From contig CM119267.1 in assembly GCA_051294375.1 (NCBI GenBank), forward strand, positions 19,005,790 through 19,069,789: a DNA stretch of 64,000 nt, written 5' to 3'. Within the stretch, counting starts at the first letter, position 1, and each line of letters begins with the position of its first letter. Below, in pieces: positions 41,167 to 54,824 of the stretch. A model generated the notes under the pieces. It was not told the origin of the DNA and did no database searches. It saw nothing but the letters and a program-made list of their open reading frames with translations. The DNA is from Paraspadella gotoi. Its lineage: Eukaryota > Animalia > Chaetognatha. Both the position numbers and the translations under genes were made by a program.

Positions 41167-43518
41167 TCTCTGTCTCTCTCTGACTCCTCTCCTTAGACAA
41201 GAAATGATCCGCAAAATGATTAAAATGAAGATCTAATTCGAACATATACAATAACTTCGTATCGAAAAAGAAATCATTTCCTTCAAACCAACGAATATGT
41301 CGGAACCAAAGGAAGGTAGCACAATCGCCCTCCTCGTCTCTCTTCCTCTCTTCATTCTGCCCCCTCTCTCTCTCTCTTCTCTCTCTGCTCTCTCTCTTCT
41401 CGTTCTCTTCTCATGCATTTATGCCTCTCCGAATGGGAGAAGGAGAGAAGAATTGTATCCTGCAGCAAATTTCGTTCCACAAGATTGCTTTTCCAGTTTC
41501 AGAATTCAGAGTCAAGGCGGGAAGAAAGCGTTGTCTCTCGACCCACCATTACTTAGGGCGTTTAAATCATTGATGAACAATATCCTTTAGTGATCCATTG
41601 TTACTTTCTTTTTTGACTAATTTCATTCATCAATATTCCTTATTTATTCCATAGCGACGAAAACCTAATAAAAATATATATCCTGTTTTTTTTTTTTTTT
41701 TTTTTTTCTCTGTGAGAAAATAAACTTTTAGAATCTGTTGATCGATCGAGGGGAATTATTCTATATTCTTGATTGTGTGTTGCTCTTCTTACTTATTTAA
41801 TGTTTATCTCTGGTGTGTTTTTTTTATTTTGAAAAAAAAAAGAAACGACAACAAAATACTAAATCGTTATTTTTGTGTTAGATTGAAGACAAAAAAGGTG
41901 TTCCTTTTTTTTATAATTGCGAAAGTAAGAATGTATTTCCAATTTGCGCGAGAAAGTGTATAGATTATATAACTAAGAAAAGCTCCTGTGCCGTTTGCTG
42001 TTCCATTCTATCGCTATAACAAAACAAAAACACCATACTGTTTAAATTTTTAGTTCCTTAGATACAAACAAAAACCAAACAAAAATTATAAACATTCAAA
42101 CCCGAAACAACGCACGAAACAACATAAAAGACGAATAAAAAACGAAAAAAACAACACAAACAGAATTCATTGAAAGAGAAGAAATCTGCGATTGAAAGTC
42201 CCGTCCGCTCGCGTATTTTCCTCACCCTCTTCCCACAAATAGTACCTTACCCGCTACCATTTTGATTTACTCTGCTTCCTCACACACTCTAAAAACTTGT
42301 CCACCCCAATCCTTTATGCAGTAGCAAATAACTTATGAGGAAATGAAATTAATGTTCGTACTCCATGTTTTGTTGTTTTTTTTTTTTCTAAGAAGAGAGA
42401 GAAGGAGAGAGAGAGAAGAGCGAGACGAGAGAGACGAGAGGAGAACAAAGAAGGTAGAGATGAGAGAGAGCCAACAAAGAACAGCAAGAGGAGAGAGGAG
42501 TGGAGAGAGACAAGACAGTATTTTTATCTTCATGTTCGTAAGGCATTCAAATGCGCCGGGAATTCCGGCATTGGACGGGCGGCTATTATAATCTTGTCGC
42601 GTTTACGTGCTCACGAGCAAAGTGTTTTTAGAAGTGACTTTTACGGGCCGAAAGTTGTCTACCTTTAATGTTTGTTGCTCATTATCGCAATAAATGAAAA
42701 TTTGTTATCATTTGGCGCCAAGAATTATCGTTACATTTTTTCTTTTAGGCGTAAAGCGAAAAGAAGGGAAGTTTGAATAACAGTTTTGAGGTAATAGCTG
42801 TGTCAGGTTGATAGCAACGTATACTATAACAAAATTTAGTTATAGATTGAAAAGTTAAAAAACATTTGTACTTGTAATGTAGAATTACTTACGTTGTAGA
42901 AGTTTAATATAGAATTGGAATAGAATTAGAATAAAAAATAAAATTAAATCGAATTTAATTAAAATTGGATAAAGCTGTTAACATCTAAATAGGATCGTAA
43001 AAATAACTCGATACCTATAAGGTAGTAGGTACATCATAATATTTCTCTCTTCAATTCTCGTCTTATCTTTATTTATTCTATTATGTGTATTCGTTTATTT
43101 CTTTCTTCTTTCTCTTTTCTTTCTTTCTTTCTTATCTTTCTTTCTCTTATCTTTTTTTCCCTTTGTTTTCCCCTCTTGTTTTTTTTCCTTTTTTCTAATT
43201 GACTCTTCTGGCTCAGCTCCGTCGATCTGTTTCTCGAGTCCTCGTGGTTGAGATCTTATGGCCCCCGCGGTGAGGAAAACGGAATGCGGTGTTAGAGAAA
43301 GAGAGAGAGAGAGAGAGACACGACACGAGCCGACGAGCGAGCGAGAGAGACGAGATAGTAGAGCGCGAGAGCGAGAGAGAGATCCCGACGAGGAAGAGAG
43401 AGGCCGACTTGTTGAGTTGAAGGAAGNNNNNNNNNNNNNNNNNNNNNNNNNGTTCTCTCGATCCCTCGTGGTTGAGATCTTTAATCGGGTGAGGAAAAGG
43501 AATGGTGGTATAGAGGAA

Positions 43519-43549
<31 letters not shown>

Positions 43550-43570
43550 GGAGAGAGGAGAGAGAGAGAG

Positions 43571-43616
<46 letters not shown>

Positions 43617-43633
43617 GATTGGTGAGGCTAAAG

Positions 43634-43939
43634 GAAGAGATTTATTCGATGAATATGTATCTTTTATAAATCACTTTTTATGTTCGCAACGAGAAAGCCG
43701 AAGGAAAAAAAATGAGGCGAAGGAGGAGAAGGAGATAAGATGAAAATAAGGTCAGAAGAAAAGGAGGAAGATAAGGTAGGTAAGATTTTAGGGGGAAAAA
43801 AAAGGAAAGGAAGAAAGGTAAGGAAGGAGGAAGATAGGTTAAAGGATAACGGAAAGAAAAACTGTAAAAGATAAAACAAATGGCATCGAGGAGGCCTCGG
43901 TCCGTGGAAACTAAAAAATTCCGTGGAGGCCGGAAGGGG

Positions 43940-44013
<74 letters not shown>

Positions 44014-44483
44014 GAGAGAAAGTGTAGTTAATGATCAAAGGGAACTCCCTCCTTCTTTGTTTGCCAAAAGAGTCGAATTGAATTGAATGTTTTAGGAAGA
44101 GATTTATCGATGAATATGTATCTTTTATAAATCACTTTTTATGTTCGCAACGAGAAAAGCCGAAGGAAAAAAAATGAGGCGAAGGAGGAGAAAGGAGATA
44201 AGATGAAAAATAAGGTCAGAAGAAAAGGAGGAAGATAAGGTAAGTAAGATTTTAGGGGGAAAAAAAAGGAAAGGAAGAAAGGTAAGGAAGGAGGAAGATA
44301 GGTTAAAGGATAACGGGAAAGAAAAACTGTAAAGATAAAACAAATGGCATCGAGGAGGCCTCGGTCCGTGGAAACTAAAAATCCGNNNNNNNNNNNNNNN
44401 NNNNNNNNNNAAAACATTCAATTCAATTCGACTCTTTTGGCAAACAAAGAAGGAGGGAGTTCCCTTTGATCATTAACTACACT

Positions 44484-44565
<82 letters not shown>

Positions 44566-44690
44566 CCCCTTCCGGCCTCCACGGAATGAGAGAGAGAGAG
44601 AGAGAGAGAGAAAGTGTAGTTAATGATCAAAGAGGAACTCCCTTCCTTCTTTGTTTGCCAAAAGAGTCGAATTGAATTGAATGTTTTACT
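43634..44690. repeat. Local tandem (~460 bp) and fold-back duplication flanked by 25-N gaps
   Basis: 43634-43925 is repeated at 44095-44385. 44411-44585 is the reverse complement of about 43920-44092 and pairs with 44590-44687. Confidence 0.85.
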
Positions 44691-47600
44691 AATGTCCTTT
44701 AAACTCCAAGTATTTGACCATCATTCTTTGTATAAAGTGACCCAACGTTTGAAGCAGACCCACACGAAAAAAAGGACAAAATGACCCGAAGATCGAAATC
44801 GATAAATACGATCGTTTTATATAATAAACTTAAAAATGACCCGCATGACAATGAAACAGATGAACTAGATCGAAAAATGAAACCTAAAATACGTGTAAAG
44901 TTAGTGAGTTAGTGTAACGNNNNNNNNNNNNNNNNNNNNNNNNNNNNNNNNNNNNNNNNNNNNNNNNNNNNNNNNNNNNNNNNNNNNNNNNNNNNNNNNN
45001 NNNNNNNNNNNNNNNNNNNNNNNNNNNNNNNNNNNNNNNNNNNNNNNNNNNNNNNNNNNNNNNNNNNNNNNNNNNNNNNNNNNNNNNNNNNNNNNNNNNN
45101 NNNNNNNNNNNNNNNNNNNNNNNNNNNNNNNNNNNNNNNNNNNNNNNNNNNNNNNNNNNNNNNNNNNNNNNNNNNNNNNNNNNNNNNNNNNNNNNNNNNN
45201 NNNNNNNNNNNNNNNNNNNNTTTTAGACGTGGGGTTCGTCGTTGTTATTATTGATAAAACGATTATTTCTTACTTATCGAGGAAAGTTTAAGATGTATTA
45301 AATGAGATTAAACAGTTAGATATCTTTTTTTTTCAGTAATTTCTTTGTTTTTCTCAGTGGCGAGCGTAGTTCACCATGGCAACGAACCTCTAAAGCCCCA
45401 AACAAGCTAACTCCTTCGCCTCTTCTCTCTAATCCGATTTCTCTTCCTTCGCGTTATTTCATTCCGAGATTTTTTTTCTCTTTTTTACCCAGAGGATCAA
45501 CGACAGAGACAGAGACAAAAATAACGACAACGACGACAACGACTGGAAAAGGCAAAATGGAGACCCTTCTCTTTGCCCTTGACAGGCATCTGCCTNNNNN
45601 NNNNNNNNNNNNNNNNNNNNNNNNNNNNNNNNNNNNNNNNNNNNNNNNNNNNNNNNNNNNNNNNNNNNNNNNNNNNNNNNNNNNNNNNNNNNNNNNNNNN
45701 NNNNNNNNNNNNNNNNNNNNNNNNNNNNNNNNNNNNNNNNNNNNNNNNNNNNNNNNNNNTCTCTCTCTCTCTCTCTCTGACTTTTCTTCTTTGGAATCCA
45801 GTGAAAGTTGAGGTCAAGTTCTGATCGACTGCGACCTCTGGAGTTTCTGTTTCCGAGAGGCCACGAGTTCCGAATTGGGGGGGGCGATGGAAAGAGAGAG
45901 AGAGAGAGGTTTTATATGGGTCCTGCGACTTGAGGGAGGGTTAATGATTCTGAAGGGGTCAGGCTAAGAAAAAGTGACCATCGATAACATTAGGGAGAGA
46001 GAGAGCGAGAGGGTCAATTATACGGGTTTCGCTCGGGTCGCTGAATGTTCAATTCGGGAAGGATTTATATCTTCTTTTTTTTTCGTTTTCTTTGTTGACT
46101 TTTATTAAGTTTCTTCAGGGATTTGAAATATATGTCGTTTAATTTTTGTAGGGCTGTGCATCGTTCGAATCGAAGTTCCGATCAAGANNNNNNNNNNNNN
46201 NNNNNNNNNNNNNNNNNNNNNNNNNNNNNNNNNNNNNNNNNNNNNNNNNNNNNNNNNNNNNNNNNNNNNNNNNNNNNNNNNNNNNNNNNNNNNNNNNNNN
46301 NNNNNNNNNNNNNNNNNNNNNNNNNNNNNNNNNNNNNNNNNNNNNNNNNNNNNNNNNNNNNNNNNNNNNNNNNNNNNNNNNNNNNNNNNNNNNNNNNNNN
46401 NNNNNNNNNNNNNNNNNNNNNNNNNNNNNNNNNNNNNNNNNNNNNNNNNNNNNNNNNNNNNNNNNNNNNNNNNNNNNNNNNNNNNNATAGCGATAACAGC
46501 GAAATGAGTAATACAAGCTCGTATAATTAACAAGGCGTTACATATATTTATCAAAGGAAAGGTTTCTATTACATTTATCACATCTATCACCAATATGTCG
46601 CTTATTTTAGATCTCTTTTGACCTTCGAAAACTTCCATTTTAAGAAAATAGAAAAAACAGAGGACATTATAATATATTTTATAAACAAAACAAAAAAAGT
46701 AAAATCTAAACTGAGGATTAAAATTCTCCGATGATAAAAGGTTTCTTTCAATCAAGGGAAAGACTATCAATGACATGAAATTTTTAACTTTTTTTTCATT
46801 GTGGTAATAAAAATCTTTTTTGAAATTAATTTAAAACCTCTTCTAACTTTTTTTTCTAAAAATTTATTTCTGTTTTGTCGAACAGCGTATGACCCGAGGA
46901 AGATCAATGAGACAATTAAAATGAAATTTTGGGATCCATAGCGTGTTCAAGATTATAAATTATAAATCATCAAGACTTAGGTAAGTGGACAATTTTAGGT
47001 TGCTCTTGTTCGCAGAAAGCTTTACGAAGTGGCTGATAATTATTATTTGGTTACAATAAATAAAAAATTGTAGAGATTTTTCGATCGTGTCGGTCTGACA
47101 TCCCACCGCAAAAATGAGTTGAGGAATCCCGGCACGAACACGGATTCCCATGAAGACACATTTTTGTCTAATTTCATGCTCGAGGAAAGAGAGAGAGAGA
47201 GAGAGAGAGAGAGNNNNNNNNNNNNNNNNNNNNNNNNNNNNNNNNNNNNNNNNNNNNNNNNNNNNNNNNNNNNNNNNNNNNNNNNNNNNNNNNNNNNNNN
47301 NNNNNNNNNNNNNNNNNNNNNNNNNNNNNNNNNNNNNNNNNNNNNNNNNNNNNNNNNNNNNNNNNNNNNNNNNNNNNNNNNNNNNNNNNNNNNNNNNNNN
47401 NNNNNNNNNNNNNNNNNNNNNNNNNNNNNNNNNNNNNNNNNNNNNNNNNNNNNNNNNNNNNNNNNNNNNNNNNNNNNNNNNATTCCAGAGTCAGTCCTCC
47501 TGCCAAGGATTCTCGATCCCGTGTCACGCGACAGAGAGGGAGAGAGAGAGAGACAGAGAAGAAAAGGAGGAAGACGAAGAGGAAAGGGAGACGCAAGAAG

Positions 47601-48796
47601 AAGAGGAAGAGGAGGATGCACGGGTGCCGACGGGTGGGCCCTCAACTTTGACCCATCCCACGGAATTCGACCCAAAAAAAAAAAGTCGACATCGAGGCTC
47701 AAAAGACGAAGAAGACTTTTTCGATCCTGAAAGAGATTTTATTTTTTATAATCATTTCGATCCGGACGCCGAAAAAGTTAAAGATTTTTGTCCGGAAATG
47801 TGGATTTCAATTCGCCGGAAGATTCGCGTCGGGTTTCCTCAACGTAGTTCGGTAAATGGAATTCGTTTCTAAAAGGTGAGAAGGGGAACTTAATGCGAGG
47901 GANNNNNNNNNNNNNNNNNNNNNNNNNNNNNNNNNNNNNNNNNNNNNNNNNNNNNNNNNNNNNNNNNNNNNNNNNNNNNNNNNNNNNNNNNNNNNNNNNN
48001 NNNNNNNNNNNNNNNNNNNNNNNNNNNNNNNNNNNNNNNNNNNNNNNNNNNNNNNNNNNNNNNNNNNNNNNNNNNNNNNNNNNNNNNNNNNNNNNNNNNN
48101 NNNNNNNNNNNNNNNNNNNNNNNNNNNNNNNNNNNNNNNNNNNNNNNNNNNNNNNNNNNNNNNNNNNNNNNNNNNNNNNNNNNNNNNNNNNNNNNNNNNN
48201 NNNNNNNNNNNNNNNNNNNNNNNNNNNNNNNNNNNNNNNNNNNNNNNNNNNNNNNNNNNNNNNNNNNNNNNNNNNNNNNNNNNNNNNNNNNNNNNNNNNN
48301 NNNNNNNNNNNNNNNNNNNNNNNNNNNNNNNNNNNNNNNNNNNNNNNNNNNNNNNNNNNNNNNNNNNNNNNNNNNNNNNNNNNNNNNNNNNNNNNNNNNN
48401 NNNNNNNNNNNNNNNNNNNNNNNNNNNNNNNNNNNNNNNNNNNNNNNNNNNNNNNNNNNNNNNNNNNNNNNNNNNNNNNNNNNNNNNNNNNAAAGTATCG
48501 AGTGAGTGTTTTTTACATTTTTCTCCATCCATGTTTCTAACCCGCGGGTGTGGTGCATAATAAGTCGTGACATAAACAAATAAAACAAAACTTACTTTAA
48601 CAAACAAAAAAAAAACAATAAACCTAAGTTAAACGCCTGAAGTGCATAATAAGTCGTGATATAAACAAATAAAACAAAACTTACTTTAACAAACAAACCA
48701 AAAAAAACAATAAACCTAAGTTAAACGCCTAAAGTTTCTCCCTTTTCGAGTTTTCGCCCGATTTTTTAAGCNNNNNNNNNNNNNNNNNNNNNNNNN

Positions 48797-51600
48797 TTGT
48801 TTGAATAAATGCCGCTGTTTCTCTGCCAGCAAAAAAATCATTCCTGCCATTGAAAATCCCCTTTAATATTTTTAGTAAAATAGTCCTGCCAACAGAAATT
48901 AATCCTGCTGTAGAAAAAAATCGTGCTAATAAGATTTTCCTTGGAATTTTGTTTAAAAAATGTACTGTTTGCCTTGCCAGCAAAAAGTCATTTCCTGCAT
49001 GAAAAATCCCCTTTAATATTTTTAGTAAAAATTGTCCTGCCAACAGGAATTATTCCTTGCTGTGAGAACCAAAATCCTGCCAAAAAGATTTCCTAAGATT
49101 TTAGTTGAAAAATGACTGTTCCTCCGGCCAGCAAAAAATCATATCCCTGCCCATTGAAAATTCGCCCTTTAATATTTTAGTTTAAAATTAGAGTCCCTTA
49201 CAACAGGAATATTCCTGCTCGTTGTGATTGAGAAAAAAATCCTGGCCAAAAAGATTTCCTAAGATGTTTTTGAAAAATGAGCACGTCCTGTTCCTGCCAG
49301 CACAACAATTTTCAGTTCCTCTCCTCTAATGTTGAAAATCCCCATTCATTTTAATATTTTTAGTCGTGTTTAAAATAGTTCTAGCACCCAAAGGAATTAT
49401 TTTCCGTGTCTGCTGTGATGAAAATAAAATTCTACCTGCCAAAAATAGATTTTCCTAAAGATTTTTGTATTTTATTTTGAAAATATAGGCACCACTGTTC
49501 CTGGCAACGCAAAAATATTTCTTTCCTGCCATGAAAAATCACCCCCTTTAAATATAATTTAGTTATCTTAAAAATATCCTGCCAACAGGAATTATTCCTG
49601 GCTGTGTGAGAACAAATATCTGCCAAAAAGAGATTTTCCTAAGATTTGGAGAGTGGTTGAAATAGCATGACCTCTTGTATTTCCTTTTTAGCCAGCAAAA
49701 AATCATTCCTAGCCTTTGATTAAAAATCCCCTTTAATTATTTTTTAGTAAATAGTCTACAACAGGGAATTATTCGTAGCTGTGAGAAAAATAATTCTGTC
49801 CAAAAAGATTTCCTAAGATTTTGTTTGTAAAAATGACTGTTCCTGCCAGCAAAAAATCATTCCCTTGCCATAAAAATCCACCCTTAATATTTTTAGTAGC
49901 TAAAATACGCTCCTGCAACACGGAATATATTCCTGCTTGTGGACGTAAAAAAAATCCTGCCAAAAAAGATATCCTAAGATTTTGTTTGAAAATATGACTG
50001 TTCCTGCCAACAAAAAATCATTCCTGCCTTTATGAAAAATTCCCTTTATATTTTTAGTGTAAAATAGTTCCTTGCACCAGAAATTAATCCTGCTGTGATG
50101 AAAAATAATCCTGCTAATTAAAGATTTCCTTGGATTTTTGTATTTGAAAAAATGACTGTTCCTGCCAGCAAACAAGTCATTCTGCCCATGAAAATTTTCC
50201 CTTTAATATTGTTGTAAAATAGTCCTGCAAACAGGAATATATTCCTGCTGTGATGAAACAAAATCCTGCCAAAAAGATTCCTAAAGATATATGTTTGAAA
50301 AAATGGACTGTTCCTGCCAGCAAAAAATCATTTTTTCCTGCCTCATGAAAAAATTCCCTATTAATATTTTTAGTAAATAGTCCTGCCAACAGGAAATTAT
50401 TCTGCTCTGTGAGAAAAAAATCCTGCCAAAAAGATTTTCCTAAGGTTTGTTTGAAAAATGACTGTTCCTGGCCAGCTAAAAATCAATTACCTGCTATGAA
50501 AAATCCCCTTTAATATTTAGTGTAAATAGTCCTGCTCAACAAGAAATATATTTCGGGTGCTGTGAGAAAAAATCCTGCCAAAATAGATTTTTTCCTCAGA
50601 TTTTGTTTGAATAAATATGACTGTTTCCTTCGCCAACAATAAAAATCATTCCTGCCAGAAAAATCCCCTTTAATATTTTTAGTAAAAATAGTCCTGCCAA
50701 CAGAAATTAATTTCATGCTGTGAGAAAAAATCCTACTAATATAAGATTTCCTTGGATTTTTGTTTGGAAAAATGACTGTTCCTGCACAGCAAAAAGTCAT
50801 TCCTGCCATGGAAAAATCTCCCTTTAAATATTTTTTTAGTTAAAATAGTCCTGCCAACAGGAATTATTCCTGCTGTTGGAGAATAAATAATTCCCTGCCA
50901 AGAAAATAGATTTCCTAAGATTTTGTTGAAAAATGACTGTTCCTGCCTCAGCAAATCATTCTTCTGCCATTGTACCATCCCCTTTAAATTTTTAGTTTAA
51001 TAGTCCTGCCAACAGAAAATATTCCTGCTGTTTGGAGGAAAAAAATCCTTGCCAAAGATTTCCTAAGGATTTCTTGTGTGTGAAAAATGACTGTTTTGCC
51101 AAGCCAAAAAGATCATTCTCTTGCCATGAATAATCCCCTTATATTTTAGAAAAAGTCCGCAACAGAGAAATTAATCCTGCTGTGAGAATAAAACCGCTAA
51201 AGTATTTCATTGGATTTTGTTTGAAAATGACTGTTTCCTGCCAGCAAAAAATCATTCTCTGCATGAAAAATCCCCTTTAACTATGTTTAGTAAATAGGTC
51301 CTGCAACTGGAATTAATTAATCCTTTTTCTGTGTAGATAAAAAATCCATGCTAATAAGATTTTCCTTGGAATTTTTTTTTGTAAAAATGACGTGTTTCCT
51401 GCCAGCAAAAAAGTTATTCCTGCATTGAAAAAATTCCCCTTTAATATTTTTAGTAAAATAGTCCTTGCCAACTTGAAAATTAAATCCTGCTTGTAAGAAA
51501 AGAAATCCTGACTAATAAGACTTCCAATTCTTTTTTTGTTTTCAATCCTTGCCAAGAGTCTCAATCCTGCTGTAAAAATAGTCCCTTGTTAGTACCAATC
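48797..51600. repeat. Satellite array, consensus monomer ~145 bp (observed spacing ~140-165 bp), about 18 copies
   Basis: Recurrent unit AAAAATGACTGTTCCTGCCAGCAAAAAATCATTCCTGCCATGAAAAATCCCCTTTAATATTTTTAGTAAAATAGTCCTGCCAACAGGAATTATTCCTGCTGTGAGAAAAAAATCCTGCCAAAAAGATTTCCTAAGATTTTGTTTG. ATGACTGTT anchors near 49833, 49994, 50152, 50458, 50772, 50933, 51087, 51227. Confidence 0.95.
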
Positions 51601-51799
51601 AAAAAAAAAGACGGTTCCTGCCATTTTATATATTCAATCCTGCTTAGTGGTGAATAATATATTCCCCGTGAATTTACCAATCAGAGTGATCCTGCCAGTT
51701 CCTGCTATTCATTTTTTCCGAGAAATTCGTAGGTTTTTTTTTTTACTCCTAATCCTTGCCCAATTCTTGACCCATAATATTTCCTGCCACCTCGAGGCA

Positions 51800-54400
51800 G
51801 AAAACCCGAAAGACCTTAACCTTTTCAAAAACTGTTCTTGCCTGATTTATTCGTCTTTTGGGCGAAAATCAGCGACGTCGAAGTTCGTAGAAGAGTTGCG
51901 GCATGAGGAAAAAGGCGAGCCAGTTTCCCTCGGCCAGAAAGGGGCTGCATTTGACGGGAGGATTCTTATTGGCATCTGCGGATGAATAGCGAGATGGAAA
52001 TCGATGGGGAATTTGGATGAGACGTGTGGAAGGTATTAGGAACGTGACCATATTGTTTTAATTATTTAAATTACAAAATCAGCATTTTTTCGTGTAACGT
52101 CCGAACAGCGATTGATATGCCGCAAGTTTATAATAAAGTCTGACTTGTGTCTCACCGGCACATGATAGAGAGGAAAAAAAAAAGCGTTATCTGAGTCAAG
52201 TCCCCGTGGAAGTCGCCTCAATTACCTTTAAAAATGAGCATTTAAACTAACCTTTTAAAACGTACATTTTATAAATCTTATTTTCTCCCATTACAATCGA
52301 GGCTCTTTTGTTCGTAAACTGGAGTCTTATCTCGCGTCCCCACCTACATCCGACTGGCGTATTGGCACTTCCTTCTTCGCAATTGGCGCTCCTCGGGTAA
52401 TCTTTACGCTGAACGACGACGACGACGCGTCCGATGATTCACGGCTTCCCTCCATCTTGGTCGACATGTCTCCTCCTCATCTGCTCCTTGTTGTCGATTC
52501 CAAACGTCGTTAGTTATTAGCACTGTGAACGAAAGAACAGTCGACATATGTTGTTTGACAGAAGAACAGTTGGTCATTCGACGAAAAGATTAAGATAAAA
52601 AAAAACAAAGTTAAAAAAAGTTGATAAAAAAACATACAAACATAATGGTTAAAAATCGTGACATTTTTGATCAAGTTTTAAAAACGATCGCTCGGAGACT
52701 AATGCGAGTCAGAAAGGCTTCCCGTGAATTTTTAATAAATATAGAAATAAAAATAAAACTCGTTATAACTGCACACTCACTCCTCTCCTCTCTCCGAGAC
52801 TAGATGAAATTCGAAGTCTGCGCCCCGCCGGACCGAAAATCGGCTTGGTGCCGAGTTAGCATCCGGGGCCCCTTAGTTCCGGCTACCGTCGAGAAAAACC
52901 ACCGACTCTTCCCTGTCGATCGAGGGAGGAAAACATCGCGGTCGTAGATTGATAGAACAGAGAAGGCGACTCTGATGTTAAGAGAGACCACGGTTGTGTC
53001 TGCTTTTTTTGACTTTTTTATTATAAGATTTAAAGATTAAAAGTTTCTGTTTTTTTTTTGTGTGTTTCTGCTGTTTTTTGCGCTGATAAAAGACTTGATT
53101 ATATGTTCATGTATTATTTTCTTAAGTTGTGTGTTTGTTTGTTGTTTGTAATAACAAAAACTTTTCCTTCGTTTAAGTTATTTATAATGTTACTTTCTTC
53201 GTATCTGTTATGTTAATATTATTTTTTTAATGTGTGATATATTTTTACCTTTCAAAATTAAACTAATTATATGATGAACCAAAACTATTGACTCCATTCA
53301 CAAAACGCTCTCGTTTTCGGTTCCATAGTCAATTGACACGTGTAATGAGTGAAATACGTTCATTATTTAGGTTTCAATGACATACAAATAATATTTAAAA
53401 CAAAATCCCGTCCCCTATATTTTTGTCTATATTGCGCAACCCCTTTGTCCAGCCCGCCTTGGACCCCCCGCTTCCAGACTATTCCTCGCACATAACGAAT
53501 TCCACTTTTCATTCTGATTTCCAAGTAATCATTCTTATCTTCCTTCTTTTCTTATCTGTATGGAGGACTAACAAAGAAAAAGTTGACTTTTGTTGGCCTC
53601 AAATCAGAAAAAAGAAGGCTCTGTTGTATGGTCCGCTTTAAGAGAGAGTCGGGGTCCGGCCGCCAGGGATGAATAATAGATAACGGAAAATCGACGCTTG
53701 ATCCTGCACGCGGCAACCGGATGTACTGAGGTTAAACGTTCATTTAAAGAGGTACTTATTGCGCAATATACGGCCGCTTATGGAATGGTTTATCGAGTGC
53801 ATGAGGCGGCTTTTCATAAAAAGAAGGAAATTGCCCGAAGATTTACGATAGAGAGTCGTTTGTCGTTTTTATAATTTCTTCATTCAAAACAATATGACTT
53901 ACCTTACTCAAAAGTTAAGTGAATTACTTCGGCGACTTTGGAACGAACATTCCGGCTTCCACGAAGTAAGCTGATCATCATACTCTGGCCGTTGGATCTG
54001 AGATCCCAGCATTAGTGAAAATTCAGGAAAAGCTTTTCTCTGGGTCTCTACGAATGACCTGCGAAATCGGTTTAACGTAGTCTCTTTTTAATACTATCAT
54101 TTTTTCTATTATTTTAAATCAACATATTCTTTAACGTAGTCGGATTTACACTTATCAGGCTTAGGGTTTCCAAACGCAATCTCGGCAATACACAAAACAC
54201 AATACCCGCGCGCGTCCTAGAAAAATAAATAACAAAAAAAAAACTTGGGTAAGAAAAAAAAGAAGAAAAAAATCCAGGGCAAAGTTAACCTACGAAATTT
54301 TTATCAACTTTTTTTTTTTTGTTCTCGTGACGCTCACCTCGGCGCTTCCGCTCCATTTTCCTTGCGCGCGCTTCCTCTTCTTTTCTCCATATCTTTCCCT
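51800..54400 (-). pseudogene. Inverted, indel-rich copy of the TIR exons and introns (reverse complement of about 57630-59990); likely assembly artefact
   Basis: Reverse complement matches exon copies at about 53900-54050, 52345-52525 and 51820-51985 (ORF fragment DANKNPPVKCSPFLAEGNWLAFFL). Confidence 0.85.
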
Positions 54401-54824
54401 CCTCTCTCTTCGTCTCTTGCTCGTCAATACTGATTGGCTCGCCTTTTGGTGTATGGGTCCGCTCGGCTCCCTGGCTCGGATCGACCATTTTGCACCAATA
54501 TTTAGTGACCGAAAAAGCAGTGGACAAAACGGTGAAATAATAATAGTTAATCTAACGCAGATCTTTATTTTTGATATACAGAAATTTTGTATCAAAGGGA
54601 AGTTTACCTTTTGTGTAAAATTTAGAGACAGAAAAAAAAATATAAAAGAAATGAGAGTCCCAGTAAAAAAAAAGAGAAATTAAGAAATAGTGGTAGAGAG
54701 AACATAGGAGATTTTCGCAAAAATTAAAAAAGAAACCCAAAAAAAGCCGTTTTTTTTTCCTTTTGCGCCCTAAAATGGCGTCGCCGGCGGAAAATACAAA
54801 GGCGGATGAATCGGCACCGGAAAT

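Larger units (their letters stand above)
32395..43426 (+). repeat. ~11-kb direct duplicate of 21340-32370 (low-quality second copy)
   Basis: Collinear throughout at ~11-kb offset, e.g. AAATCGTCAAAGACGTGAAGAGG at 21394 and 32461. Ends at a 25-N gap. Confidence 0.95.

Noticed and set aside
44411-44690. Hairpin or MITE-like inverted repeat
   Set aside because: Arms are copies of adjacent unique sequence next to a 25-N gap with no TSD, consistent with a fold-back assembly artefact.
45369-45383. RFX X-box-like motif GTTCACCATGGCAAC
   Set aside because: Only one good half-site and no gene start can be tied to it, so not supportable.
48551-48730. 90-bp tandem duplication
   Set aside because: Single copy in the redundant segment (about 57312-57410) and adjacent to gaps, so probably a contig-overlap artefact.
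48797-51600. CRISPR-like array (recurring palindromic core)
   Set aside because: Whole monomers repeat with no unique spacers, the context is eukaryotic, and there are no cas genes. It is a satellite.
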